A DNA stretch of 64,000 bases from Blastocladiella emersonii ATCC 22665. Taxonomy: Eukaryota > Fungi > Blastocladiomycota. Made by a program: the position numbers and the translations under genes. A model generated the notes under the pieces. The model was not told where the DNA came from. It made no database searches and saw nothing but the letters and a program-made list of their open reading frames with translations. The first letter of the stretch is position 1. Every line of letters begins with the position of its first letter. Positions 22,925-36,700 of the stretch are shown here, piece after piece. The stretch is taken from NCBI GenBank assembly GCA_025594325.1, contig JANHCV010000008.1, positions 806,001 to 870,000 of the forward strand. Direction: 5' to 3'.

Positions 22925-23223
22925 CTCAAGAATCGGGATCCAAGTGCTGAAGGTCCTGCGTACGATACGGTCGTAGAAGCTTGATGGGAAGTCGGGCCCG
23001 CGTAGGCAGGGTGAGATCGATCGAGAAGGCCAAAGTAGCAACACATCCCCGAAGGGCAAATGAAATATCGAGCGTGCGCCAAAGCCGGGCCGACACTGAC
23101 ACAAGGACGGCACAGCTTGGTATGCACCCCCGGCGTGGGCGCTGAATCCCGCCCCACTCCAGGATTTACTCCACAACTGGTATGCGGGTAAGGCAGACGG
23201 GGGACTAGATTGATATCTCTGAG
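22925..23223. ncRNA. Candidate ~300-nt structured non-coding RNA; family and strand unresolved
   Basis: The ends are complementary (22925-22934 with 23212-23223). Internal helix 22990-23000/23086-23094. CCC-UUCG-GGG hairpin on the minus strand near 23047-23056. Palindromic tttataaa at 23257-23264. No family motif matched. Confidence 0.25.
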
Positions 23224-23385
23224 GAGCAGAAGGTAGGGAATCGGGGCGCGGCGCGTTTATAAAGCGGGTGTGGCTGAGCCGCGGTGGCGCGAGGCGGGCG
23301 GTGCGGGGTGGGTCAGGTGGGGACACGGGACTGGTTGCTATATTTCGAAAAACTGTTTTCACTCCTGTTGCTGCGACGAGGTCGC

Positions 23386-23678
23386 CTACTGCGACGACAC
23401 GGATGATGGGGACGCGCTCGCGACGGAGCCGTCGGCGGAAGCGGCAGCCGCGGCGGCGGCGCGCTGGGACTCTTCCATCTTGGCGATGCGGTGCTTGGCC
23501 TCCATCTCCTGCGAGCTACGCGGTGCGGGTCAGTGAGCTTTCGATGCGTGTACGAGAAGGCGAGAAGCACGGACTTGCGGGCAATCTCCTCGAGGGCGGG
23601 CTGGAAGATGTAGACGCCCGAGATGACGCCGGCGGCGGCGGCGAGGAAGTAGGGGAAGCGGGCGGTGAAGTAGTTCAT
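23386..23678 (-). CDS. PIGBOS1-like single-TM microprotein, 2 exons (23678-23575, 23515-23386), 77 aa
   Basis: MNYFTARFPYFLAAAAGVISGVYIFQPALEEIAR resembles the PIGBOS1 TM segment (GIAGGVYIFQP, recalled from memory). 59-nt GT-AG intron with a ctgac branch site. Confidence 0.65.
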
Positions 23679-23972
23679 TCTGATGATCGGTTCTCCTCGG
23701 TGGCCGGTCAAGGTTGCATAGAGTGTGCGTTGAGCGCGGGCGGAGACAGCGGGGCGAGAAGGGGGAGACAGTCCTCGATCGGCGCGCGTCAACGCGTGCG
23801 GCGGCGGGCGTCACCTGACGCAACATCACTCTGCTGCCGCTCGCCTGAGTCGCGGGGACTTCGCATCGGCGACGGGCGGCCGCCGTAGTGCGGGAAGCGA
23901 AGCGCGACGACGCACCCACGAAGCAACGAATCGACTCCGTGCAACGCAACGCATTCCCCCGAACCCACGAAA

Positions 23973-24312
23973 ATGGCCGGCACGTCCTCGACCAACTTCC
24001 ACACCGAGTTCCGCGTGGTGCAGGCGTCCAAGTGGCACCGCGGCACCGCCAAGGCCATGGGCGCCGTCATGTGGTTCTGGATGATGTACCGCGCCAAGCA
24101 GGTGCGCTGCGTGGTATCGTGGTTGCTGGGAGAGGCGGGAGACTAACGCCTTGTTTCCGTGTGCGTCTAGGACATGCCGTACCTCCTCGTACGATCGCTG
24201 CAGGCCTCCTCGCCGCCGACCGCGCGGCCCGATCTCACCGTGCCTACCCGCCCGCCGCCCATGCGTGTAGACCAAGCACAAGCCGTGGAACGAGCGTGCC
24301 CACGCCCACTAA
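23973..24312 (+). CDS. NDUFB2: NADH:ubiquinone oxidoreductase subunit B2 (AGGG), 3 exons (23973-24101, 24171-24188, 24271-24312), 62 aa
   Basis: KWHRGTAKAMGAVMWFWMMYRAKQD.PYLL...PW matches the family motif. Two GT-AG introns; gactaac branch site in intron 1. Confidence 0.85.
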
Positions 24313-24747
24313 GTCCGCCCTCACCCTGTCGATATTCTGCCTGTCCCTCTCCCCCATTCTTTCCGCGCTGCCCCACTATAACAAACGTAAGCTTTCTGAA
24401 CGGGACTCGGTCGAAAGATGAGGTGAGCGTGCGTCCGCGTCACTGGCGTGAGGGGTGGATGAGGCTGAGCCAATACGCGGCGTAGCAACGCATCACATTC
24501 CGTCACATGGCCGCGCGCCGTCGCGTCCGGTCCTCGCTCTCCCCCGAGGTTGCTCGAGCCCGCCGTCGTGACGCCGGCTGGTACTTGCCAATATTCGCAT
24601 GCAGCACACCGCAACGTCAACGACCACACGCTAACCGTTCCGCCATCCCATCCACGCGCTGTGCGTTTTCTCGCCGTCCAGTCCACTTCTCCCTCCCCGC
24701 TGGTCCCTGACGCCCCGCTCCGTTCGCAGCGTAGCGTAGCAGCGACC

Positions 24748-27700
24748 ATGGAGATTGTCGACTTTTGCTTCGACCTGCGGGGCCCCGTCCGCGCCGTCCT
24801 CGCCGCCGCTTCGGGGGTAACGGCCAGCGGCTCCGCGGCGGCCATCGCCGTCACCAGCAACCGCGGCCATGACGCCCTCTCCACCCTCGCTTCCCTCTTC
24901 CCCGAGTCCGAGCCAACACCGTCGCTCGACCGCCACGCCAAGGAGGCCGCGCTCACCGCGCTCGCCGCCGTGCTCGCCGACCCGCGCTTCACCCGCGCCG
25001 TCGTCGCCGCGTGCCGCCCGCTCCTCCTCGACCTCGTCGCACGCATTGTGCACGCTTCCCCGCAGACCGAGTCGCTCTCGCGCAGCCCCGCCAAGTCGGC
25101 TCCCGGCAAACGCCGCCGGAGCTTTAGTGGAGATGCATCTGAGGATGCCAACGGTACGCACCCTTCGCCGCGCGCGCACAGATCTTGTCGCTGATCCCCG
25201 AATTCGGTCTTCCGTCTAGCCATGGACGTGGACATCGACACCGCGCCGCCGACCTCCCTCGCCACCCTCTCAACGCACGAGTCGACGTGCATCGCGCTCG
25301 CGACCATCGTCCTGATCGCCCCGCAGTCCCGCCTGTTCGTCGCCCGCTACTTTGCCGCGCACCCGCCGCCGACCGACCGCCTCGCCCTGCACCTCCTGAA
25401 CGGCGACTCCCCTAACCCCAACACCCTCACCCCCGCCGAGCACGCCAACATCGAGGCCGTCCTCCTCGCCACCCACCGCCTGCTCGCTCACGTCCCCGCC
25501 GTTCGCGGGACGTGGAACCTGCACCCGCTGCACGCGCTCGTCGACGCGCCCGTCCTCGCGCCCCGGTCGCGCGTGATCGTCGCGCATATCCTCGCCGAGT
25601 ACTTTGCGGTCGCCGACGCCGAGCGCGCGGCGATCGTCCGCCGCGTGTCCGAGACCGACGCGTTTTTCGCGCTCGAGGAGCTCGCCGTCGTCCGCGCACT
25701 CCAGGACGAGCTCGCCGCGCCCGCCCCCGCACATGCGGTTGAGGCGGCGGGCGAGCCCGTGACGGTCACCGCCGACTACCTGTCGCCGTACGTCGTCGAC
25801 GTGTGCGGGATCCTGCTCCCGACCGACGCTGCGCCCGCCGCCGACCGCGTGTCGACGCTCGTCGAGACCCCGACCACGCGCCGCAACATGTGCGCCATCG
25901 CCATGGCCGCGTCGCTCGGGTCGCCCGTCCTCCTCGAGGGCATCACGGGCTCGGGCAAGACGTGCCTGATCGAGGACCTCGCCGCGCGCCTCGGCCGCGC
26001 CTCCACCCTGACCAAGATCCACCTCGGCGACCAGTCGGACGGCAAGACGCTGCTCGGCACCTACGTCGCGACGTCGACGCCCGGCCAGTTTGCGTGGTCG
26101 CGCGGCGTCCTGACGCGCGCCGTCATGGACGGCCACTGGCTGGTCCTCGAGGACATTGACATGGCGTCCAAGGACGTGGTGTCGCTGCTCGTGCCCTTGC
26201 TCGAGAAGCGTACCCTGTACGTGCCGCAGCGCGGGCAGGAGATCGCCGCGCACCCGAACTTCCAGCTGTTCGCGACCACTGCGCTCGACCCCTTCACCCT
26301 CGCCCCGCGCATGTCGGCCGCGCAGGGCCTCGGCGCGTCGCTCTGGACCCACGTCCGCATCGCGCAGCTCGGCCGCGACGAGCTCCTGCACGTGCTCGCG
26401 CGCCGGTTCCCGCGGCTCGCGCCGCTCGCGGACCTGCTCGTCGCCGCGTTCGAGCAGGTCGCGCACTTCTACCACGACCCGACGTACCGCTCGTCGTACC
26501 AGTCGGGCGGGCGGTACATGTCGACGCGCGACCTGATCAAGTGGTGCCACCGCGCGCAGATGCTCGTGGCGCCCGGCACCGGCTTGGGTTACGACGCCGT
26601 GACGCGCGACGAGAACGTCATCGAGCCCCTGCTCAAGGAGGCCATCGACGTGTTCGTGTGCATGATCCCGAACGCCGACCTGCGCCGCCGCGTCCTCGGC
26701 GTGCTGTGCGACGCCCTCGACGTGCCCGCGGCCAAACGCGACTACTTTGCGACCCAGTACGCGCCCGAGCTACACCTCGGCGACACCACGTTCGCCGTCG
26801 GCCGTGTCGCCTTGCCGCTCCCGCCGCACGCGCACGGCGGTGCGGGGCGTAAGTCCTCGCGCCACCCGTTCGCGACGACGGGCCACGCGAAGCGGCTCCT
26901 CGAGCGCATTGCCGTGGCCGTCGCCATGACCGAGCCCGTCCTGCTCGTCGGCGAGACCGGGTGCGGCAAGACGACCGTCGTCCAGCACCTCGCCCGGACC
27001 CTGCACAAGCGGCTGCACGTCATCAACCTGTCGCAGCAGACCGAGTCGTCGGACCTCATGGGCGGGTTCAAGCCCGCGTCCATGGCCGCGCACGTGGCGC
27101 CGCTCGTCGAGGAGTTTTACGCGCTGTTTGCGGCCACCTTCTCGGTCAAGAAGAACCAGGCGTTCCTCGACGCCGTCCGCAAGGCCCACGCCAAGTCCAA
27201 GTTCGAGCCGCTCGTCGTCCAGTTCATGAAGGCGCTCAAGATGGCCCAGGACCGGTTCGACAAGGCCGACGCCGCGTCGGCGGGTGCCAAGGCGATCCCG
27301 CCGCAGGTCCGCCAGGACTGGAAGGAGTTCGGCGCCCGCGTCGCCGACCTCCGCAAAATGCTCGGGTCCGCGGCCAAGCTCTTCTTCTCGTTCGTCGAGG
27401 GCACGCTGGTGTCGGCGATCCGCAAGGGCGACTGGGTCCTGCTCGACGAGGTCAACCTGGCGTCCGCCGAGACCCTCGAGTCCCTGTCGGGTCTGCTCGA
27501 GGAGCACGGGTCGCTGCTCCTGACGGAGCGCGGCGACGAGGAGGTGGTCCCGCGGCACCCCGAGTTCCGCATCTTCGCATGCATGAACCCGGCGACCGAC
27601 GTCGGCAAGCGCGACCTGCCGATCGGCCTGCGCAACCGGTTCACCGAGATCTACGTCGAGTCGCCCGACAACTACCTCGACGACCTCACCCTGATCGTCG

Positions 27701-30700
27701 GGTCGTACCTCGCCACGCTCGCGCACGCCGACCCGCACGTCGTCGGCGACGTCGTCCAGTTCTACCTCGACGCGAAGCGGCTCGCCGAGTCGAGCCTGTA
27801 CGACGGCGCGGGGACCCGCCCGCACTTCTCGCTGCGCACGCTGTCCCGCGCGCTGAGTTTCGTCGCGGCGGTCGCGCCCATGTTCGGCCTCCGCCGCGCG
27901 CTGTTCGAGGGCTTCTCCATGACGTTCCTGACGCTGCTCGACCTCGCCTCGCAGCGCACCATGCTCGAGGTGATCCACACCACGCTCCTGCGCGGCAACG
28001 CCAAGCTGCTCAAGCACCCGACGCCGGCGCCGGCCAACCCCGACGACTACGTGCAGTTCGAGTCGTTCTGGCTCCGCCGCGGCCCGCACGAGTACGCCGG
28101 CGAGCCGCCCGCGTACATCCTGACGCCGTCGGTGCACCGCAACCTGCTCAACCTGGCGCGGTCGGTGATGACGGCCAAGTACCCGGTGCTGATCCAGGGC
28201 CCGACGTCGTCGGGCAAGACCAGCATGATCGAGCACCTGGCGCGCGTCACGCACCACCAGTTTGTGCGCATCAACAACCACGAGCACACGGACCTGCAGG
28301 AGTACCTCGGGTGCTACGTGTCGGACGACACGGGCAAGCTCGTGTTCAAGGAGGGCGCGCTGGTGACGGCGCTCAAGGAGGGCCACTGGATCGTGCTCGA
28401 CGAGCTCAACCTCGCGCCCACGGACGTCCTCGAGGCCCTCAACCGCCTGCTCGACGATAACCGCGAGCTGTTCATCCCCGAGACCCAGCAGGTCGTCCGC
28501 CCGCACCCGCACTTCATGCTGTTCGCGACACAGAACCCGCCCAGCTACGGCGGCCGCAAGGTGCTCTCGCGCGCGTTCCGCAACCGGTTCCTCGAGCTCC
28601 ACTTTGACGACCTCCCCGACGACGAGCTGCACACGATCCTCGCGGGCCGGTGCGCGATCGCGCCGTCGTACGCGAAGGCCATCATCGCCGTGTACCAGGA
28701 GCTCCGCAAGCGCCGCATGGAGTCGCGCCTGTTCGACGGCAAGGCCTCGTTCGCCACGCTCCGCGACCTGTTCCGCTGGGCCAACCGCCCCGCCCAGACG
28801 TACCAGGCGCTCGCCGAGAACGGGTGGATGATTTTGGGCGAGCGCGTCCGGTCCGCCGCCGAGCGCAAGCTCGTCATCGAGGTGCTGCAGGGCATGAAGA
28901 AGGGCATCGTCATCGACCCGCCCGCGCTCTACGCCCGCACCTTTGACCAGTTCCGCGGCGCGCTGCCCGATACCGTCGTGTGGAACAACACGATGAAGCG
29001 GCTGTTCGCCCTCACGGTCGCGTGCATCCAGCACCACGAGCCCGTGCTCCTCGTCGGCGAGACCGGGTGCGGCAAGACCACCGTGTGCCAGGTCCTCGCC
29101 CAGCTGTTCGCCACGCCCCTCGTCATCGTCAACTGCCACCAGCACTCGGAGACGTCCGATTTCATCGGGTCGCAGCGGCCCGCACGCGGTTCGGCCGGCG
29201 ACCACGACGCCGAGGGTGCCGCGAACGAGAAGCTGTTCGAGTGGCAGGACGGCCCGCTGATCCAGGCCATGAAGCACGGGCACTACTTCCTCCTCGACGA
29301 GATCTCGCTCGCCGACGACTCGGTCCTCGAGCGGCTCAACTCGATCCTCGAGCCCGCGCGCACGCTGCTCATCGCCGAAAAGGGCGGCGACGTCGAGCAG
29401 GTGACGGCCGTCGACGCGTTCCGGTTCCTCGCCACCATGAACCCGGGCGGCGACTACGGGAAAAAGGAGCTCTCGCCCGCGCTCCGCAACCGGTTCACCG
29501 AGATCTGGACCGACCAGGTCGACGACTACGCGGACCTGCACGAGATTGTCGCCGCCAAGCTCCGCGGCGACGCGGCCACGGCCGCGACCATCCTCGACTA
29601 CGTGACCTGGTTCAAGGACCAGTGCCGCCACGATCACGTCGCGTGCGTCATCTCGATGCGCGACCTGATCGCGTGGGCCGAGTTCGTCCTCGCGTCCGCG
29701 CCGCAGCTCGGACACAACAACGCGGTGCTGCACGGCGGCGCCATGGTCCTCCTCGACGGCCTCAAGTCGCCCGCGTTCGCCGCGCGGTGCCTCGCGGAGC
29801 TCGAGGCGCGGACTGGTGCCGCCGTCGAGAGCATGACGGACGTCGTCGACGCCGACGGCCGGTTCGGGATCGGCGCCTTCACCATCGCCCACGGCAGCCA
29901 CCCCGTCAAGCCCGCCCGCCACACGCTCAACGCGCCGACGTCGCGCGAGAACCTCCTCCGCGTCCTCCGCGCGCTGCAGATCCCCGCCAAGGCGATCCTC
30001 CTCGAGGGCAGCCCCGGCGTCGGCAAGACGTCCCTCGTCTCCGCGCTCGCGCAGCTGTCGGGCCACGCGCTCGTCCGCATCAACCTCAGCGAGCAGACGG
30101 ACCTCATCGACCTGTTCGGCAGCGATCTGCCCGTCGAGGGCGGCGCCGCCGGCGAGTTTGCGTGGCGCGACGGCCCGTTCCTCGCGGCCATGAAGGCCGG
30201 CGACTGGGTGCTGCTCGATGAGCTCAACCTCGCGTCGCAGTCGGTCCTCGAGGGCCTCAACGCGTGCCTCGACCACCGCGGGTCCGTGTACCTCCCCGAG
30301 CTCGACCGCAGCTTCGACAAGCACGCCGACTTCCGCATCTTCGGCGCGCAGAACCCGCTCGAGGAGGGCGGCGGCCGCCGCGGCCTGCCCAAATCGTTCC
30401 TCAACCGGTTCACCCAGGTCCACGTCATGCCCCTCACCGACCACGACCTCATGACCATCGTCGCCGACATGCACCCGAACGTGGCCGGCGACGCCGTCGT
30501 CTGCCAGATGCTCGAGTTCAACTCGCAGCTCCACCACAAGACCATGGTCGCCCGCGAGTTCGGCATGGCCGGGTCGCCGTGGGAGTTCAACCTCCGCGAC
30601 GTGCTCCGCTGGCTCGAGCTCATGGCCAAGACGGGCGCGGCGGACCCCGCGGCCTTCCTCGACGTCCTGTACCTCCAGCGCATGCAGTCGGACGCCGACC

Positions 30701-33700
30701 GCGCCAAGACGCTGGCCCTGTGGAGCGCCGTCACCGGCGCCGACCTCACGCCCGCCAACCCGGACCTGCTCGTCACCCCCGAGTCGGTCGCCGTCGGCAG
30801 CGTCACCGTCCCGCGCGCCACCGGTGCGGGCGCCGGCGCCGGCGCGGCGTTCGCCGCCCAGCACGTGCTCGTCCCGCACTCGATGCTCCGCCCGCTGCAC
30901 GCGCTGCTCACGAGCGTGCACGCCGGGTGGATGTCCATGGTGATCGGCCCCTCGGGCAGCGGCAAGACGGAACTCGTCCGCGCGGCCGCCGCGCTCACGG
31001 GCAACGCGCTCGTCGAGTTCGCTATGAACTCGTCCGTCGACGCCCTCGAGCTCCTCGGCGGGTTCGAGCAGGTCGACCGCACCCGGTGCCTCGAGCAGCT
31101 CATGCGCGCGCTCGCCGCCGACTCGCGCCGTGTTTTGGCAGTGGTTTCGGGCGTCGCGCCCGCGCTCGCCCAGAACGTCGAGCACGAGAGTCTCGCGCAG
31201 CTCGCCGCGTACGCGCACGCCGAGCATTTGACGGTGGACCAGCTCCGCCACTGGACCGACCTCCTCGCGTACGTGTGCACCGCCACGGGCCAGCCCGACC
31301 ACCAGCCGCACCACGCGCGGCTCGTCGCCAAGTACGAGCAGCTCGCGAGCGTCGCGGGCAAGTTCGAGTGGGTCGACGGCGTGCTGCTCGACGCGGTCCA
31401 GAACGGGAAGTGGATCCTCCTCGACAACGCCAACCTGTGCTCGCCGTCGGTCCTCGACCGGCTCAACCCGCTGTTCGAGGCGTCCGCGCACCGGCACCTG
31501 CTCATCAACGAGCGCGGGCAGACGGACGACGGCGAGTTCGTCACGGTCGAGCCGCACCCGAACTTCCGCATGTTCATGACGCTCGACCCCAAGTTCGGCC
31601 AGATCTCGCGCGCCATGCGCAACCGCGGTGTCGAAATCTCGCTCGTCGACGGCCAGTGGATGCGCGACGAGCACGTCCTCGCCCAGCTGCTCGAGGTCAA
31701 GGGCATCCGCGATGCGGGGCTGCGCGAGTCCATGCTCGCCCGGTTCGCCCGCGCCGGCCACCACTCGGCCCGCGAGTTCGTCATGGCCACCGACTACGTC
31801 GCCGACATGCTCCAGCGCGGGTTCGACGCCGACCACGCCGTCGCGTTCGCTGCGCACAACACCCAGGCCGACCTGCACGCCGTCGTGAGCGGGTTCGCTG
31901 CCGTTCCCTCTGCACCGGTTTCGGACGGCCCGATCGTCCCGCACCCGCCGCTGCTCCTGCACCACTCGCTCGCGTCGCTCGTCGAGGCCAAGTTCTCGTA
32001 CCTCACGTCGCAGCTCGTGCCCGACGCGCACCTCGCGGCCGCCGCCGACTGTTTGGTGGAGCGCGCCGACGTCGCCCAGTGGCGCCCGCTCCTCGCGGCG
32101 TGGGTGGACTGGCGCGCGCAGAGCCCCGCGCTCGCGCCGCTCCGCGTCAGCGGGGACCACCTCGCGGTGCTCCTCGACCGCATGGCCGCGGCCGATTTCG
32201 CCCGCGACAACCACGTGCTCGCCAAGGCGGTGCTGCTGTTCATCAAGCTGCAGCTCGCGCAGGAGTCGGTCTTTGACCAGACGGCGAACCTCAAGCTGTC
32301 GAAGATGAACGTCGTGCAGCGGTCGCACTGCTTCACCGCGCTCCCGCACCGCGTGTCCAAGGTCGAGATCCCGCCCGTCGTCGTGCCGCTGTACCCGCTG
32401 CTCGGCGCGCTCGAGGCCGGCATGGCCGCCGCGATGCTCGATTCCGCGGCGTCCGCCGAGACCGCGCTCCCCGTCCTCCTGTGGGCGTGGTCCATGTGGT
32501 CGCAGTGCCTCGTGCAGCACGAGCTCAACCTCGACCTCCTCGACGCGCACGTCTCGCAGCTCATTGACGCGACCAAGGCCGCGCCCGCGTTCGCGCAGCT
32601 CCACGCGCACCTCGTCCAGCTCCAGCGCGTGTACGCCGGCGACATGGAGGCGTCGCAGGCCGTGTGGGTCCGGCTCCACCCGTGGGCCGTGCGCACCGCC
32701 GAGCTGTACCAGCACGTCATGGACCTGCTCGCCGTCGACGTGCGCCGCCTGCCCGTCGACCTCCGCAACCTCGCCGTCGACGCGCTCACCAACGTGTTCC
32801 TCGGCGACGCGACCCAGCAGGCGTCGCTCAACGAGGACCTCCCGCGTCTCGTCGCCCTCATCGAGCCGCACCTCGCCGCCGCCGCCGCTCCCGCTCCCGC
32901 TCCCGAGCAGCAGCTGCCGCGCGACGCCGACGATCTCATGGTCGTCGAGCCGCAGGCCGCCGAGGAGTCGGTCCGGTCGCTTGTCAAGGCCGCGTTTGAC
33001 GCCGAGACGCACCGATCGCACGCCGTGTCCAAGTGGGTGTGGTCGTCGATCATGGTCCAGGGCCTGCTCCGCGCGCACCGCTCCGGCGCCGGCGCCGTCG
33101 CGTCGCCCGCGACCGTCCGCCTGCTCGAGGCCCACACGCCGTCGCTCGCCGAGGCCGTGCACCTGCGCCTGCTCCAGTGGTCGCTCGGCGAGAACCGCGC
33201 CGCCGAGTCGGCCGACCGCAGCTGGAACATGCTGTACACGGACGTGCAGCGCGTGTTCCTCGACCAGTCGCTGTGGCGCCCGCAGCCCAAGGCGCTGTCG
33301 GCCGAGCTCATTGCCGCGGCGCCCGAGGCCTCGGTCATCGCCATGGAGACCATCACGGCGCGCCTCAAGTCGACGGCCATGCTCATGCTCGACCACCAGG
33401 ACCTCCTGCAGCTCGACCTCGCCGCGCTCGAGCGCGACCTCGTTGCCGCGCGCATGCACCTCCTGCGCGACGTGCCCGCGACGCCCCACGCGGAAGCGCG
33501 CATCGCGAGCGCGACCGAGATTGTCGCGGCCGAGACGTCGAACCTCGAGCAGCTCGGGCTCGCGTGGATCCACCTCGGGCTCGCGTTCATGGAGCTCGCG
33601 GTGCCCACGTCGCCGCTCGACCCGGCCACGCGCTTCTCGCTCGTCCACCACTACACGCGCCAGCTGCAGGGCAACCTTGAGCTCGAGCTGCAGGTGCGCC

Positions 33701-36700
33701 TCGCGCTGCAGGTCCGCGACAACGGCATGACCACGAACCCGACCATCGAGTGGCTCCGCGCGCGGCTCGCCGCCGTCCGCCGTGACGTCGAGGACTCGGC
33801 CCGCCAGCTGTACCTCCGCCCGCCCAACGCGGCCGACCAGATCAAGCAGCTCCACGGCGAGTTCCAGTCGATCCTCGCCTCGGTCTCGCACCCGGAGGCC
33901 TTCCTCGCGCAGCTGCTTGGCACCCACGGACATTCCGCGGGCCCGGTCCCGGCCCACCAGCGCGCCGCCGCCATGGACGTGGTCAAGACGTCGCTCACCA
34001 TGTTCGTCGCGCGCACGACGAAAAAGTTCCCCCTGTTCATGGATGTGCTCGAGCCCGTCTACTCGGGCATCTACGACGTGCTGCACGGGCTCTCGCTCGT
34101 CGCCATGGCGCAGGCCGAGATCGCGCACGAGCAGGTCGCCCTCGCTGCCCTCCCCGCGCTGCGCCACGAGTCGCTCGAGTCCCTCGTCGAGTACGCCGGC
34201 AACGAGCACAACGCCGACGGGCTCGCCCACGCCGTCGCCCTGCTCGAAGCCATTGCCGCGCACCGCACGCTCACCGGGCGCGCGCCTGCGTTCGATGCGA
34301 CCGTGCTGCCGCTCGTCCGGATCGTCCGCGCCCGCTACCAGCAGGTGCGCAACGAGGAGGCGCGCAAGCGCGAGGAGGACGAGCAGGCGTTCAAGTACAA
34401 GACGAAATCGGTCGTGATCGAGGACGAGGAGCTCGACTGGTTCGACGTCGACGACGACCCGCACACGGCGGCGCTGCGCGAGGACCCCGCCGACGCGTTC
34501 AACGGCGTCGCCGAGTCGGACCTCACGCAGTCCGAGAAGCTCGCGGTCGTCGACGCGGCCCAGGCCAAGCGCGACGCGCGCGCCGCCAAGGACCGGTTCA
34601 ACGCGCTCGTGTTCCGCGCGTTCGCCGTGTACCAGGAGCTGTTCGGCGAGCAGTCGGCGCAGCACCGCGTCGACGCGGTCGTCGCCCCTGACGCGTGCCC
34701 CGCCGAGTCGTCGGGCCTCTCGCACGTCGTCGCTCTGCTCGCGAGCCACCGCCGCATGACCGAGCCCGTCGACGCGGCCAAGTACGACTTCTACCGGCAC
34801 GCGAACCTCGCCGAGGTGGCGCGGCTGAAGGAGGTGCTGGTGCGGCTCGACGAGCGCGTCAAGGTGCTGCTCGACCAGTGGCCCGACCACGCGGTGCTGC
34901 AGCACCTGGTCACGGTCGCGCACCGCATCGCCGTGTTCCCGGCCACGATGACGCTCATCAAGTTCGTGCAGTCGCTCGAGTTCCTGCTCGAGAAGTGCGA
35001 CGAGTGGGAGAAGTTTGCCGCGTCGCACGTGTCGCTCCGCCAGGAGATGGACGCGATCACGGCGCTGATCATCGACTGGCGCCGGCTCGAGCTGTTCAAC
35101 TGGGGCGGCCTGCTCGACTACTACGACCTGCAGCAGCGCAAGGAGGGCGCGCCCGTGTGGCTGCAGCTGTATGCGGTGGTCGAGGTCGCCGACGGGATCG
35201 AGCCCGCTGAGCTCGTGGCCGCGCTTGAGGAGTTCATGGTCGCGTCGTCGGTCGGCCAGCTCGCGCTGCGCCTCGAGATCCTGCGCGCGCTGCACCGCCA
35301 GTTCAAGCTCGACGCGCTCATCAACCTGCACGACTACTACGCGCAGTACCTGCCGCACGTCCAGGCCGACCTCGCGCGCCAGCGCGCCGTCATCGAGAAG
35401 GAGCTCAAGGACCAGTTCAAGATCGCGTCGTGGCGCGACGTCAACGTGTACGCGCTCAAGCAGTCGGCGGCGCGCACCCACAACCAGCTCAACAAGTCGC
35501 TGCGCAAGTACCGCATGGCGCTCGCCGAGCCGCTCCTGCCCATCATCACCCAGAAGAGCGACGCGCTGTTCCACGACCAGAAGACGCCCGACGTCCCCGC
35601 GCCCACCACGCCCGCGCTCGGCCACGCGCTCCACCACTACCCGGAGCCGTGCGCCACGCAGCTCGCCGCCGCGCCCGCGTACCGCGATTCGCGCGACGCC
35701 CGACTCGGGCCGATCCTGTCCCGGTCGGTGCAGCTCGCGCGCGTCGCCGAGGTGCCGCTCCCGCTCGCCGAGTTCACGGCGGAGCTGATCGAGGCGGTGG
35801 CCGAGTTCAAGGCCGAGACGGACAAGCTCGGCGAGAAGAAGCTCGCCAAGCACGAGGCGTCGACGCTGCTGCAGGTGCGCAAGAAGGCGCTGGCCGACCT
35901 GCTCAAGCACTTCCGCGACATGGGCCTGTCGTGGCGCCACGCGCACATCCCCGTGTCCAAGGACGTGGTCGTGCTGCCGCCCGTCGCCGTCACCCCGCGC
36001 GTCGCCTTCAAGCCGCTCGTCGACGCGGCCACCGTCTACCACCTCCGCCTCGTCGCGCTCATGGAGACGACCGCCGAGGTGCTGGGCAACCGCTCCCACG
36101 ACATCCAGCACAACCAGGCCGAGCGCGCCGTCGGGTACGCCGCCGACCTGTACAAGCTCGTCGTCTCAGAACGCCGCGCGCTCGCGCCCGCGCTCGCCGA
36201 GCTCGACGCCGTCCTCGCCCTCGTCGCGGACCTCGACGCGCTCACGGCCGTCGACTCCCCGTCGGGCCACTGGACCGCGGACCCCGCCATCGTCCGCGAG
36301 CTCCTCGCGCTCAGCTCGGTCGTGCTCGTCACCAAGCGCGTCCTCGCGCTCGACCTGCTCACGCCGCGCGCCGCGCCCGCCGTCTCGGCGCTCCGCGACG
36401 CCGCTACCGACTTCCTCGCCCGGTTCCGCGCCGCGTACCCGAGCAACACGGACGCGGTGCGTGTCCTCGACGCGGCCGTCCTGCGCGAGTGGATCGCGGC
36501 CAAGGCCGCGGCCCGCGCCGAGCTCGAGACGCTCGCGCGCACGTCGCCGCGCGACGCGATTGTCGTCGAGGATATCGTCACGTACCTCGCGCCCAGCGAG
36601 GAGATGGTGATTGGCGCGTCGGACGCGTCCGTCGACGACCTCGTCGCCGCTGCCCAGGCGGCGCTCGAGTCGGTCATGGTCCAGCTGCAGCACCTGCACG

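Noticed and set aside
22925-23223. Assignment of the candidate RNA to RNase P/MRP, SRP, U3 or a spliceosomal snRNA
   Set aside because: Partial look-alikes (gtgctgaagg, gggaagtcgg, acgggggacta, cagg...agca) have the wrong spacing or order, and no Sm site or box set was found.
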